Source: Actinomycetota bacterium
Lineage (GTDB): Bacteria; Actinomycetota; Acidimicrobiia; Acidimicrobiales; JACCXE01
Reading direction: 5' to 3'
DNA length: 64,000 bases
Assembly: GCA_041166405.1 (NCBI GenBank)
Contig: JBEEFV010000031.1
Span: 9,840 to 73,839 of the forward strand
Part shown: positions 43,621-53,663 of the stretch, piece by piece
Layout: every line of letters starts with the position of its first letter
Position numbering within the stretch: the stretch's first letter is position 1
The notes under the pieces: generated by a model
Seen by the model: only the letters and a program-made list of their open reading frames with translations
Databases searched by the model: none
Told to the model about the DNA's origin: nothing
Made by a program: the position numbers and the translations under genes

Positions 43621-44799
43621 ATGGCGCTGCGCACTGACGAGTTACCGACGTACGACGTCCTCACCCTCAGTTCCCTAGAGGATCCCTACGCCGCGTTCGC
43701 CGAGTGGCGCGCCGTGGGGCCGTTGATGAACGGGGTGCACGGGTGGGGAGTGACGCGCCACGCCGAGATCGCGACGCTCTTGCGTGACCGCCGTGTCGGA
43801 CACGCGTTTCCACGCGAGATGATGCGATACGCCACCGGATCGGGCCCGCTCCTCGACTTCCAGATGGGCACGATCCTCAACCAGGACGGCGACGATCACA
43901 CGCGCGTCCGCCACCTCATAGGCCAAGCGTTCAGCGCGCCCCTCGTGCGCCGGTTGGAGCGTCACATCGTCGAGTTAACCGACTCGATCCTCGAGCGTGT
44001 CCTCGACGGCGAGGCGTGCGACGCGGTCGACGACATCGCGTTCCCGCTTCCGGCTGCGGTGATCAGTGAGCTGCTCGGGCTTCCCGTCGCGGACCGAGAA
44101 GTCGTGCGCGGTCACGCGGAGCGGATGGTGGACCCCGACACGTCCGTCGCCGACGTCGAAGTGTTGTGGTTTCGGACATACATCGCCGACGCGTTGCGGG
44201 GCCGCACTCCGGACCCTCAGGGCGACCTCTTGCAATCGATGCTCGCAGCGGGAGCGCGGGACGACCGGCTGACGCACGAAGAGATCGTCGACCACGCGGC
44301 GTTCCTTTTCTTCGCCGGCTTCGAGACGACGCGCCACCTCATCGCGTCGGGCGTCGCCTGCCTGCTCGACTTCCCCGACCAGGCAATCCTCCTCCACGAC
44401 GATCCTGGCCTCGCGCGGTCCGCGATTGACGAGTTCCTGCGCTACGACGCGCCACTGCGATCCGTTCCGCGGGTGACGCTCGAACCGATCACCGTCGGCG
44501 GGCGCACCGTCAAGGCGGGACGCTTCCTGCAGTTGCTGATCGGTTCCGGGAACCGCGATGAACGCGTCTTCGTCGAGCCCGATCGCGTCGACATCACGCG
44601 CACGCCCAATCCGCACTTGTCCTTCGCCGCGGGCGTGCACCACTGCCTGGGTGCCGTGTTGGCGCGGCTCGAAGCGCGCGTCGTGTTCGAACGCATCGGC
44701 GAGCGGGTCGCAGTGCTTGAGGCCGCAGGTCCGCGGCGACGTGTGACGGGTGGAGTCGGTACCTACGCATCGATACCGATCCGCGCACGCGCCAGCTGA
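43621..44799 (+). CDS. cytochrome P450
   Basis: I-helix FFAGFETT, ExxR (EFLR), heme loop FAAGVHHCLG. Confidence 0.9.
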   Translation: MALRTDELPTYDVLTLSSLEDPYAAFAEWRAVGPLMNGVHGWGVTRHAEIATLLRDRRVGHAFPREMMRYATGSGPLLDFQMGTILNQDGDDHTRVRHLIGQAFSAPLVRRLERHIVELTDSILERVLDGEACDAVDDIAFPLPAAVISELLGLPVADREVVRGHAERMVDPDTSVADVEVLWFRTYIADALRGRTPDPQGDLLQSMLAAGARDDRLTHEEIVDHAAFLFFAGFETTRHLIASGVACLLDFPDQAILLHDDPGLARSAIDEFLRYDAPLRSVPRVTLEPITVGGRTVKAGRFLQLLIGSGNRDERVFVEPDRVDITRTPNPHLSFAAGVHHCLGAVLARLEARVVFERIGERVAVLEAAGPRRRVTGGVGTYASIPIRARAS

Positions 44800-44808
44800 C
44801 GACCGGCA

Positions 44809-47800
44809 ATGGCGGCGTGGGATGATGCCGATGTGGGGGTTCTGCCCGTCGGCACCGTGACGTTGCTGCTCGCCGACATCGAGGGTTCGACCCGTTTGTG
44901 GGAGCAGCGTGCGAACGAGATGCCGGCAGCGCTCGCCGCGCTTGACGAACTCGTCGTCGCGACAGTGGACCGACACCGCGGTGTGCGCCCGGTGGAACAG
45001 GGCGAGGGCGACAGCTTTGTCGCTTCGTTCGCCCTCGCATCGGACGCGGTGGCGTGTGCGCTTGCGTTGCAATTGGCGACGACCGGCGGCTTGCTGCGGT
45101 TACGCATGGGACTCAACACGGGCGAGATTCAGCTGCGGGACGAAGGGAATTACATGGGCCCCGCGATCAATCGTGCGGCGCGCATACGTGACCTCGGCCA
45201 CGGCGGCCAGGTGCTCCTGTCGCAAGCGACCGTCGACATCCTGCAGGACGAGCTGCCAGCGGACGCGTCGCTGGTCGATCTCGGCTCGCACCGGTTGCGC
45301 GACGTCGGCCGGCCGGTTCACTTGTGGCAGCTCGCGCACCCCAAGTTGGCGACGACGTTCCCGCCACTGCGCGGGCTCGCCGTGGGTCGCAACAACCTGC
45401 CGCTTCAGCTGACGTCGTTCGTCGGGCGAGGGGCGACCGTCGCCGAGCTGCACGCGCTCCTCGACACCGAACGCGCGGTCACCGTCACCGGTGCGGGGGG
45501 CTGCGGCAAGACGAGACTCGCGTTGCACGTCGCCGATGGACGCCTGGACCGCTATGCGGGCGGTGTGTGGCTCGTCGACTTCGCTCCCGTAAACGATCCA
45601 ACTGCGGTGCCGACGCTGGTGACCAACGTGGTCGGCGCCGCGCCCCGCGCCGGAAGCGATGCTGTCGCGGCGATCGTCAGCGCGCTCGAGGACGCGCCGA
45701 CGCTGATCGTCCTCGACAACTGCGAACACCTCGTTCCCCAGTGCGCTCAGCTCGTGGAGTCTCTGCTGCGCGCCTGCGCCTCGGTCACCGTGATGGCCAC
45801 CAGCAGGGAGCCACTCGGGTTCGCCGGCGAGTCGACGTTCCGCGTGCCGTCGCTCGCGGCACCGCCCGCCGATCGCGACGGCGGCGATCTGACGTCGCTG
45901 CGCGAGTGGGACGCCGTCGAGCTGTTCGTGCAGCGAGCCGGCCAGGCGCGCCGCGCGTCGTCGACGAGCCACGTTGACTCCGGCGTCATCGCGGAAATTT
46001 GCCGGCAGCTCGACGGGATGCCGCTGGCGATCGAACTCGCGGCCGCGCGGATGCGTGTGCTCAGTCCGGAGCAAATCCGAGACGGGCTGCGCGACCGATT
46101 TCGTTTGCTCACCGGCGGCGCGCGCACCGCACTTCCGCGCCAGCAGACGTTGCAGGCATCAGTGGACTGGAGCTACGCGCTCCTGCTGCCGCCCGAGCGG
46201 GTGCTGCTCCAGCGGCTGTCAGTGTTCGCCGGCGGCTTCACCATCGAAGCCGCGTCCGCAGTCGGAACTGGTGGCGATCTCGAGGCGCACCACGTCTTCG
46301 ACTTGCTGATGCAGCTTGTCGACAAATCACTGGTGTTCGCGGCGGACGACTTGGGCCGCGGGCGCTTTGGCTTACTCGAAACCGTGCGCCAGTACGCCGC
46401 CGGGAAGCTCGTCGACTCGGGTGAGGCCCAGGACGTCCAGCGCCGACATTTCGATTACTTCTTCGAGTTCGCGCGGCGCGGCGCAGAGGCCATCGACGCA
46501 TTTCTACGCCGTTTGGATCCGGACTACGACAATCTGCGCCGCGCTCTGCAGTGGGCCGACGACCACCCCGACCCCGCGCCCCTCGTGCGCATGGCCGCGC
46601 ACCTCTACGGCTACTGGGCTCTCGGCCGGCACGTTGACGAGGGCGACCGGTGGCTGCAACGGGCCGTCGCGCGCGCAGATTCACCGGTGCTGCGCGGTCG
46701 TGTTCTCGGCCACTACGCCCACGTTCACGGCATGGCGGTGAGCTGGGAGGCCGCCGCACCGATCGCCGAAGAAGCTGTCGAGCTTGCCCGTGCCAGCGGG
46801 AACCCGTCGGCGATGGTGTGGTCGCTTGGGCAGCTCGGCAACGTGCTGACGAACATATTCCGCACCGACGAAGGTTTGGCGGCGCTCCACGAGGCCATGC
46901 GCATTGCCCGAGAACACGACGACGTGCATGGGCTGGCCTTCGCCGCCTTCCAGCTCGGTCGCGTGCAGACGCTCTTCGACCCCGAGTCCGCGGCGGCGAC
47001 GTTGCAGGAAGCGATCGTTCTCGCGGATCGCGCCGGGGCGGCGTATATCCATCACATGGCGACCGCGTGCTTGGGGTGGGCGGCCGAAGGACTCGGCGAT
47101 CTCCGGAGCGCCGTGGAGTACGCCGAACGCGGGGTAGTAGGACTGCTGGACATTGGCGACGGTTGGTTCACGTCGGGTGTCATCTCGTTCATCGCGTACG
47201 TGAAGTCGTTGATGGGCGACGAGGCGGGCGCCGACGGCGCTCTGGAGGATCTGGCGGCGTTGGCGGCCGAGATGCGCGGCACCGTTCGCAGCACGACGGC
47301 GTTGGGCCGTGGCCTCGTGGCGTTCGCCCGCGGGGACTGGGCAGCGTGCGTGGCGCAGTTGTCCGCCGTCGACGGCACCGTCGATCTGTACGTTGCGGAG
47401 CTGCCCCGCCTGCTCGCACTCGTTCAGCAAGGCGAACACGTTCGTGACGACGTCGAAACAAGAGGCCGCCGCGCGCTCGTACTCGCGCGGGCTGAAGCCG
47501 CGTGTGCGCGCGAGGACGCCGCTTCGGCGCGTGAAGGGCTGCGGGACTATCTTCTCGACGACGAATTGACGCCCTACGGGATGGTGTTCGGTGTGCACGC
47601 GCTGCGACGCTTTGCCGGGACGTCGCTGGCCGCCGAGCACATCGACGAGGCCGTGAGACTCTTGGCCGCGGCTGCGGCGCGCGCCGAACAGCTCGGCATG
47701 TCGCTCGACACGGGCTTCGCTCGCATGACCGCAGGCGAGCAAACCGCCGCGGAGAATGCCGTCGACGCCGGTCGGTTCGCGCAACTGTGGAACGAGGGCG

Positions 47801-48075
47801 CCGCGATGGCATGGGACGACGTCATCGCATATCTCGCGCGCGGTCGCGGTCAGCGCCGGCGGAGGACGTCGGGGTGGGAGAGCCTTACGCCGACGGAGCG
47901 GCAGGTCGTGAGCCTGCTCCGGGAGGGCCTTGCGAACAAAGCGATAAGCGAGAAATTGTTCATGTCCGTCGCCACGGTCAAGAGCCACCTCACGCACGCC
48001 TACGCCAAGCTTGGCGTCGCGTCGCGCGTCGAGCTCCTCGCTGGCGAAATAGCGTCACAGCATCCCCACTCGTAA
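44809..48075 (+). CDS. large multidomain regulator: class III cyclase-like domain + P-loop STAND/AAA ATPase + TPR-like repeats + C-terminal LuxR HTH (Rv0386-like architecture)
   Basis: TLLLADIEGSTRLWE, GDSFVASF, LNTGEIQLRDEGNYMGPAINRAARI (cyclase). VTVTGAGGCGKTRLAL and LIVLDNCEHL (P-loop / Walker B). C-terminal LTPTERQVVSLLREGLANKAISEKLFMSVATVKSHL. Confidence 0.85.
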   Translation: MAAWDDADVGVLPVGTVTLLLADIEGSTRLWEQRANEMPAALAALDELVVATVDRHRGVRPVEQGEGDSFVASFALASDAVACALALQLATTGGLLRLRMGLNTGEIQLRDEGNYMGPAINRAARIRDLGHGGQVLLSQATVDILQDELPADASLVDLGSHRLRDVGRPVHLWQLAHPKLATTFPPLRGLAVGRNNLPLQLTSFVGRGATVAELHALLDTERAVTVTGAGGCGKTRLALHVADGRLDRYAGGVWLVDFAPVNDPTAVPTLVTNVVGAAPRAGSDAVAAIVSALEDAPTLIVLDNCEHLVPQCAQLVESLLRACASVTVMATSREPLGFAGESTFRVPSLAAPPADRDGGDLTSLREWDAVELFVQRAGQARRASSTSHVDSGVIAEICRQLDGMPLAIELAAARMRVLSPEQIRDGLRDRFRLLTGGARTALPRQQTLQASVDWSYALLLPPERVLLQRLSVFAGGFTIEAASAVGTGGDLEAHHVFDLLMQLVDKSLVFAADDLGRGRFGLLETVRQYAAGKLVDSGEAQDVQRRHFDYFFEFARRGAEAIDAFLRRLDPDYDNLRRALQWADDHPDPAPLVRMAAHLYGYWALGRHVDEGDRWLQRAVARADSPVLRGRVLGHYAHVHGMAVSWEAAAPIAEEAVELARASGNPSAMVWSLGQLGNVLTNIFRTDEGLAALHEAMRIAREHDDVHGLAFAAFQLGRVQTLFDPESAAATLQEAIVLADRAGAAYIHHMATACLGWAAEGLGDLRSAVEYAERGVVGLLDIGDGWFTSGVISFIAYVKSLMGDEAGADGALEDLAALAAEMRGTVRSTTALGRGLVAFARGDWAACVAQLSAVDGTVDLYVAELPRLLALVQQGEHVRDDVETRGRRALVLARAEAACAREDAASAREGLRDYLLDDELTPYGMVFGVHALRRFAGTSLAAEHIDEAVRLLAAAAARAEQLGMSLDTGFARMTAGEQTAAENAVDAGRFAQLWNEGAAMAWDDVIAYLARGRGQRRRRTSGWESLTPTERQVVSLLREGLANKAISEKLFMSVATVKSHLTHAYAKLGVASRVELLAGEIASQHPHS

Positions 48076-48121
48076 GTCAGCATCCGATAACAGCCTGTTC
48101 GAGGAGCAACTGCGTGAGCAG

Positions 48122-49369
48122 TTGCGCAGGCAAGCACCGCTCGCCGACCGGCTCCGGCCGACCACGCTCGACGACATCGTCGGTCAGGACCACCTGCTCG
48201 GTCCGGGTCGGCCGCTGCGCACTCTGGTCGAGTCCGACCGGCTGAGTTCGATCATCCTGTGGGGCCCGCCCGGGACGGGCAAAACCACGCTGGCACGGGT
48301 CATCGCCAGCGTCACCAACCGTGCCTTCGTGCCGCTGAGCGCGGTCACCGCCGGCGTGAAGGACGTCCGCGAGACCGTCGACGGCGCGCGACAGCTGCTG
48401 GCCGAGAACGGACGGCCGACCATCCTGTTCCTCGACGAGGTCCACCGCTTCAACAAGGCGCAGCAGGACGCGCTGCTGCCTTCCGTCGAAGACGGGACGC
48501 TCACGCTCATCGGCGCGACGACCGAGAACCCGTACTTCGAGGTGAACGCGCCGCTGCTGTCACGTTCCACGCTCTTTCGGCTCGAGCCACTCGCCGAAGC
48601 GTCGATGCAGACCTTGGCAAAGCGGGGTCTCGACGCCGAGGGTGCGACCGCCGACGAGGACGCCATCGCCCATCTCATCAACCTCGTCGACGGCGACGGG
48701 CGCGCCCTGCTGACGTCGATCGAGGTCGCGGTCACGCTCGCCGGTACGGCCAAACACGTCACGCTCGAACACGCGGAGTCGGCGCGCGGCGCCCGCGCCC
48801 TGCGCTACGAGCGCGACGACCACTACGACGTGATCTCGGCGTTCATCAAGTCGATCCGCGGCAGCGACCCCGACGCCGGGCTGTACTGGATGGCGCGCAT
48901 GATCACCGCGGGGGAGGACGCGCGGTTCATCGCGCGGCGACTCGTTGTGCTCGCCAGCGAGGACATCGGCATGGCCGACCCGATGGCGCTCGTGGTCGCC
49001 ACGTCGGCCGCCCACGCGGTGGAATACGTCGGGCTACCCGAAGCGCAGTACAACCTGTCCCAAGCGGTGGTGCACCTCGCGACTGCGCCCAAGAGCAATC
49101 GCGTCGCCGCCGCGATGTGGGCGGCGTTCGAAGACGTGCAGTCGAAGCCCGCCGGTCAAGTGCCGGCGCATCTACGGGACGCGTCGTACCGCAGCGCGCG
49201 CCGGATCGGCCACGGCGTCGGCTACGAGTACCCCCACAACGACGAGACGGGATACGTCGAGCAGCAATACCGCCCCGACAACGTCAACGACCGGACGTAC
49301 TACGAGCCCTCGGACCACGGTTTCGAATCCGAGGTCAAAGAGCGCCAATCCAAGCGCCGCGGCTCCTAG
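48122..49369 (+). CDS. rarA: replication-associated recombination protein A (RarA/MgsA AAA+ ATPase)
   Basis: PLADRLRPTTLDDIVGQDHLLG, LWGPPGTGKTTLA, LFLDEVHRFNKAQQDALLP. TTG 48122 is the first canonical start; see the finding on the N-terminus. Confidence 0.9.
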   Translation: MRRQAPLADRLRPTTLDDIVGQDHLLGPGRPLRTLVESDRLSSIILWGPPGTGKTTLARVIASVTNRAFVPLSAVTAGVKDVRETVDGARQLLAENGRPTILFLDEVHRFNKAQQDALLPSVEDGTLTLIGATTENPYFEVNAPLLSRSTLFRLEPLAEASMQTLAKRGLDAEGATADEDAIAHLINLVDGDGRALLTSIEVAVTLAGTAKHVTLEHAESARGARALRYERDDHYDVISAFIKSIRGSDPDAGLYWMARMITAGEDARFIARRLVVLASEDIGMADPMALVVATSAAHAVEYVGLPEAQYNLSQAVVHLATAPKSNRVAAAMWAAFEDVQSKPAGQVPAHLRDASYRSARRIGHGVGYEYPHNDETGYVEQQYRPDNVNDRTYYEPSDHGFESEVKERQSKRRGS

Positions 49370-49378
49370 GGTGGACGC

Positions 49379-49579
49379 ATGATTCGCCGTCTCTTCTGGA
49401 TCGCCGTCGGCGCCGGCCTCGGGTACTTCGTCACCGTTCGCGTGCAGCGGGTCGCGCAGGCCGCCGACAAGCTGCGGCCGGCCAACATGCGTGATGACCT
49501 CGTGCGTGGCGCGAAGTCCGCCGCGACCCAAGCTCGCCAGGTGATCCGCGACCTGTCCAGCGACAACCTCGCCTCCTAA
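49379..49579 (+). CDS. small membrane-anchored protein (66 aa), function unknown
   Basis: MIRRLFWIAVGAGLGYFVTV TM helix followed by a charged helix. It occupies the gap between rarA and alaS. Confidence 0.5.
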   Translation: MIRRLFWIAVGAGLGYFVTVRVQRVAQAADKLRPANMRDDLVRGAKSAATQARQVIRDLSSDNLAS

Positions 49580-49624
49580 GTCGATAGGGAACCACGACGC
49601 CGGTCCCGTAGATTGAGTTCTGCC

Positions 49625-52207
49625 ATGGACTCGAATTCGCTGCGCCGCGCCTTCACCGACTTCTTCGTCGAGCGCGGGCACACGGCAGTCCCGTCCTCGG
49701 GTGTGATCCCGCATCACCCGACGGCGCCGCTGTTCACCAACGCCGGCATGAACCAGTTCGTGCCGTATTTCCTCGAAGAGGAACGGGCGCCGTGGCCGCG
49801 GGCGACGAGCATCCAGAAGTGCATTCGCCTCTCGGGCAAACACAACGACGTCGACGAGATCGGCAAGACGCGCCGGCACATGTCGTTCTTCCAGATGCTG
49901 GGCAACTTCAGCTTCGGTGACTACTTCAAAGAGGACGCCATCAAGATGGCGTGGGAGTTGCTGACCGAGGTCGTCGGATTCGACGGCGACCGCCTGTGGA
50001 TGACGGTGCACACCAGCGACGACGAAGCCGAAGCGATCTGGCACGAGGTCGTCGGCGTCCCGATGGATCGCATCCAACGGCTCGGCGACAAGGAGAACTT
50101 CTGGGACATGGGCCCGACGGGTCCGTGCGGTCCGTGCTCGGAAATCCACTTCGACTGCGGCCCCGAGTGGGGTGACGCCGGCGGCCCCGAAGCCGGCGAC
50201 AGCGATCGTTACATCGAGTTCTGGAACCTCGTGTTCATGCAGAACCAGTACGGCGAGCACGGTGAGATCCTCGACCTCCCGCGCAAGAACATCGACACCG
50301 GCGGCGGGATCGAACGCTGGCTGATGTTGCTCGAGAACGTCGAGACCGTGTTCGACACCGACGAGTTGCGGCGCATCATCGAAGAGGCCGAACGGCTGAC
50401 TGGCGCGCGCTACAAGTCGGACGACGCGACGACATTCGCGTTGCGCGTCCTCGCCGATCACGCCCGCACGATTCCGATCCTGATCGAAGGCGGCGTCGTG
50501 CCGTCCAACGAAGAGCGCGGCTACATCTGCCGCAGCGTCGTGCGCCGCGCTGTTCGCCGCGCCTACCAACTCGGCGTCGACAAGGTCGTGCTTCCGGATC
50601 TCGTCGGCGCGGCCATCGACATCAGCGGCGACGCGTTCCCCGAACTCGTGCGCCACAAGGACACCATCCTCGGCACGGTCGAGCGCGAAGAGGTGCGATT
50701 CCGCCGGACGTTGCGCGACGGGTCGGTCGTCCTCGACGAGGAGATCGCCACGGGCAGAATCCGCGGCGACGTCGCCTTCCAGTTGCACGACACGTTCGGG
50801 TTCCCGATCGAGATCACCGCGGAGGTCGCCGAAGAGCGCGGCGTCGAACTCGACCGCGCCGGCTTCGACGAGCGCATGGCCGAGCAGCGCCGCCGCGCCA
50901 AGGAAGGACGCAAGGTCGTCGCCGCCGGCGGCAAGGACACCACGGCCTACAAGGCCATCGTCGACGCGTCGAGCACGACGGTGTTCACGGGATACGACGA
51001 GACCGAGTCGGAAGCCACCGTGGTCGCGGTGTTCGACAACGAGGACGGCACCGTCGAGGTGTTCTTGGATCGCACGCCGTTCTACGCGGAGTCGGGCGGC
51101 CAAATCGGCGACACCGGCACAATCGAGACGGCGAGCGGTGTGCTGCGCGTCTCCGACACGACGGCGGCGCTACCGGGGCTGTTCCGTCATATCGGCAAGC
51201 TCGAAGGTGACATCGAAGAAGGCCAGCGCGCCATCGCGGCGATCGACGTCGAGCGGCGCGACGCCATCCGTCGCAACCACACCGCGACCCACCTCCTGCA
51301 CTGGGCGCTGCGCGAAGTGCTCGGCGATCACGTGAAGCAGCAGGGTTCGCGCGTCGGTCCCGACGAGTTGCGCTTCGACTTCAGCCATCACGGCCCGTTG
51401 ACGGCCGACGAGATCGCGCAAGTCGAGCACATGGTCAACGCCGAAGTGCTCTTGAATCCCGACGTCGGCAGCGGCGAGTACTCAAAGGACGAGGCCGAGA
51501 CGATGGGCGCGATCGCCTTCTTCGGCGACAAGTACGGCGACCGCGTGCGCGTGATCCAGGCGGGCGGCAAGTCGATCGAGTTCTGCGGCGGGACTCACGT
51601 CTCCGCGCTCGGCACTATCGGCACGATCAAGATCACCTCCGAGGAGTCGATCGGCGCCAACATGCGCCGCATCTTCGCCGTGACCGGGTGGGGAACGATC
51701 GCCTGGATGAACGAGCGCGACCGCCTCGTGCACGATGCGGCTGCGATGCTGAAAGCGGCGCCCGAAGAGTTGACGAGCGCAGTCACGCGCACGCTCGAAC
51801 GCAACAAGGCGCTCGAGGCCGAGCTGCGCAACCTCAAGGCGGCGAGCGCCCGCGCCGAAGGCCCGGCGCTGGCCGCGGAGGCGGTCAACGGTGTCGTCGT
51901 GGCGCGCCGAGACGGGCTCCCGCAGGACGCGCTGCGCGATCTGGCCCTCGCGGTACGCGACCAACCGAACATCAAGGCCGTCGTGCTCGGCGGTTCACCC
52001 GAAGACGGCAAGGTGGCGCTCGTGGCGGTCGTCAGCAAGCAGGGGCGCGACGCCGGACTCGACGCCGGGGCGATCCTCGCCGATGCCGCGAAGGCGGTGC
52101 AGGGCGGCGGATCGAAGAACCCCGACATGTCGATGGCGGGCGGCCGGAACGTCGCCGGCATCGACGACGCGCTCAAGCTCGCGGCCAAGGCTGCCGGCGC
52201 CGAGTAG
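49625..52207 (+). CDS. alaS: alanine--tRNA ligase
   Basis: LRRAFTDFFVERGH, LFTNAGMNQF, FFQMLGNFSFGDYFK, HTATHLLHWALR, editing and C-terminal DHHA1-like domains. ATG 49625 is preferred over the track's TTG 49613. Confidence 0.95.
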   Translation: MDSNSLRRAFTDFFVERGHTAVPSSGVIPHHPTAPLFTNAGMNQFVPYFLEEERAPWPRATSIQKCIRLSGKHNDVDEIGKTRRHMSFFQMLGNFSFGDYFKEDAIKMAWELLTEVVGFDGDRLWMTVHTSDDEAEAIWHEVVGVPMDRIQRLGDKENFWDMGPTGPCGPCSEIHFDCGPEWGDAGGPEAGDSDRYIEFWNLVFMQNQYGEHGEILDLPRKNIDTGGGIERWLMLLENVETVFDTDELRRIIEEAERLTGARYKSDDATTFALRVLADHARTIPILIEGGVVPSNEERGYICRSVVRRAVRRAYQLGVDKVVLPDLVGAAIDISGDAFPELVRHKDTILGTVEREEVRFRRTLRDGSVVLDEEIATGRIRGDVAFQLHDTFGFPIEITAEVAEERGVELDRAGFDERMAEQRRRAKEGRKVVAAGGKDTTAYKAIVDASSTTVFTGYDETESEATVVAVFDNEDGTVEVFLDRTPFYAESGGQIGDTGTIETASGVLRVSDTTAALPGLFRHIGKLEGDIEEGQRAIAAIDVERRDAIRRNHTATHLLHWALREVLGDHVKQQGSRVGPDELRFDFSHHGPLTADEIAQVEHMVNAEVLLNPDVGSGEYSKDEAETMGAIAFFGDKYGDRVRVIQAGGKSIEFCGGTHVSALGTIGTIKITSEESIGANMRRIFAVTGWGTIAWMNERDRLVHDAAAMLKAAPEELTSAVTRTLERNKALEAELRNLKAASARAEGPALAAEAVNGVVVARRDGLPQDALRDLALAVRDQPNIKAVVLGGSPEDGKVALVAVVSKQGRDAGLDAGAILADAAKAVQGGGSKNPDMSMAGGRNVAGIDDALKLAAKAAGAE

Positions 52208-52629
52208 TGCCGCGCGCGCTCGGGCTCGACTTGGGCACGGTTCGCATCGGCGTCGCCACTTCCGATCCCGGTCGCGTCATCGCGTCGCCCTACGCCGTGA
52301 TCACGCGCGGCAAGGACCACGCCGCCGACCACGCCGCCATCGCGGCCGCGGTCGCGGAGTCTGACGCGTCGATCGTCGTGGTCGGCTTGCCGCGCGCCAT
52401 GAGCGGCAAGGAGACGGCAGCCGCGCGCACCGTCCGCGCCGAAGCCGAAGAACTGCGCGCCGTGCTCGATGTTCCGCTCGTGTTCTGGGACGAGCGGCTC
52501 AGCACCGTCACCGCACAGCGTTCGCTGATCGCCGGTGGCGTCCGGCGTCAACAGCGCAAAGGCTCCGTCGACAAGGTGGCCGCGGCCGTCATCCTCCAGA
52601 GTTGGCTCGATGCCGGGTGCCCCGGCTGA
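52207..52629 (+). CDS. ruvX: Holliday junction resolvase-like nuclease RuvX (YqgF)
   Basis: ALGLDLGTVRIGVATSD, VVGLPRAMSGKE, WDERLSTVTAQ. GTG 52207 abuts the alaS stop. Confidence 0.9.
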   Translation: MPRALGLDLGTVRIGVATSDPGRVIASPYAVITRGKDHAADHAAIAAAVAESDASIVVVGLPRAMSGKETAAARTVRAEAEELRAVLDVPLVFWDERLSTVTAQRSLIAGGVRRQQRKGSVDKVAAAVILQSWLDAGCPG

Positions 52630-52646
52630 ACGGTTAGGTTCGTCCG

Positions 52647-53663
52647 ATGCCCCGGGTCGCGCGCGCCGCGCTAGTTGCCGTTGTCGCGTTCCTCGTGTTG
52701 CTCGCCGCCGGTTTCGTCTGGTTCCAGCGTCAAGTCAATCCACCCGGCAAGCCCGGCGCGTTGGTGAACGTCACCATTCCCGAGGGTTCGGCGTCGGGCA
52801 CGATCGCGGCAATCCTCGACGACAAGGGCGTGATTTCGAGCGCGCGCGTGTTCAAGGTGTATCTGAAGATTCACCCCGCCTCGCTGAAGGCCGGCACCTA
52901 CCAGTTGCACAAGAAGGCGTCGCTCGGCGACGTCGTCGGTGCGCTCAAGACCGGTCCGAAGCACATCTTCCATCGCCTCACCATTCCCGAGGGCTACACG
53001 CTCAAGCAGATCGCGGCGCGCGTCGGGCAACTGCCAGGGAAGTCGATGGACGCGTTCATGGCTGCCGCGAAGAGCGATCGCGTGCGCTCACGGTTCGAAC
53101 CGCCGAACATCCACAACCTCGAAGGGTTGCTGTTCCCCGACACGTATTTCATCGAGGACAAGGACACGGAGGAGACCATCCTCACGCGCATGGTCACCAC
53201 CTTCGACGAGGTAGCAACGACCGAAGGGCTGTCCGCAGGCGCGGCGGGCCACAACGCGTACGAGACGATCACGATCGCGTCGCTCGTCGAAAGCGAGGGC
53301 AAGGTCGCGGCTGATCGCCCGAAGATCGCCCGCGTCATCGACAACCGGCTCAACGTCAACATGCTGCTGCAGGTCGACGCCACCGTCATCTACGCGCGAG
53401 GAGGGCGCCGGCCGAACGGACGGGTGTTGTACAGCGACCTCAAGGTCGACTCGCCGTACAACACCTACCAGGTGAAGGGGTTGCCGCCGACGCCGATCAG
53501 TTCGCCCGGTCGCGCCGCCATCCGCGCCGCGCTGCATCCCGCCGACGGACCATGGCTGTTCTACGTGAAGTATCAGGCCGACGGCAGCCACAAGTTCTCC
53601 GTCACGCTCCAGGAGCAGAACGCCGCCATCGCCGACGCCAAGCGGCGCGGGGTCAATCCCTGA
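52647..53663 (+). CDS. mltG: endolytic murein transglycosylase MltG (YceG-like)
   Basis: N-terminal TM, IPEGYTLKQIA, LEGLLFPDTY, ASLVESEG, YNTYQVKGLPPTPISSPG. Confidence 0.9.
   Translation: MPRVARAALVAVVAFLVLLAAGFVWFQRQVNPPGKPGALVNVTIPEGSASGTIAAILDDKGVISSARVFKVYLKIHPASLKAGTYQLHKKASLGDVVGALKTGPKHIFHRLTIPEGYTLKQIAARVGQLPGKSMDAFMAAAKSDRVRSRFEPPNIHNLEGLLFPDTYFIEDKDTEETILTRMVTTFDEVATTEGLSAGAAGHNAYETITIASLVESEGKVAADRPKIARVIDNRLNVNMLLQVDATVIYARGGRRPNGRVLYSDLKVDSPYNTYQVKGLPPTPISSPGRAAIRAALHPADGPWLFYVKYQADGSHKFSVTLQEQNAAIADAKRRGVNP

Noticed and set aside
48105-48124. The hairpin GCAACTGC-GTGA-GCAGTTGC as a terminator of the LuxR-type regulator gene.
   Set aside because: It overlaps the rarA start codon and possible upstream RarA coding sequence, has only 8 bp of stem and no U-tract. 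It is kept only as part of the rarA start-site finding.
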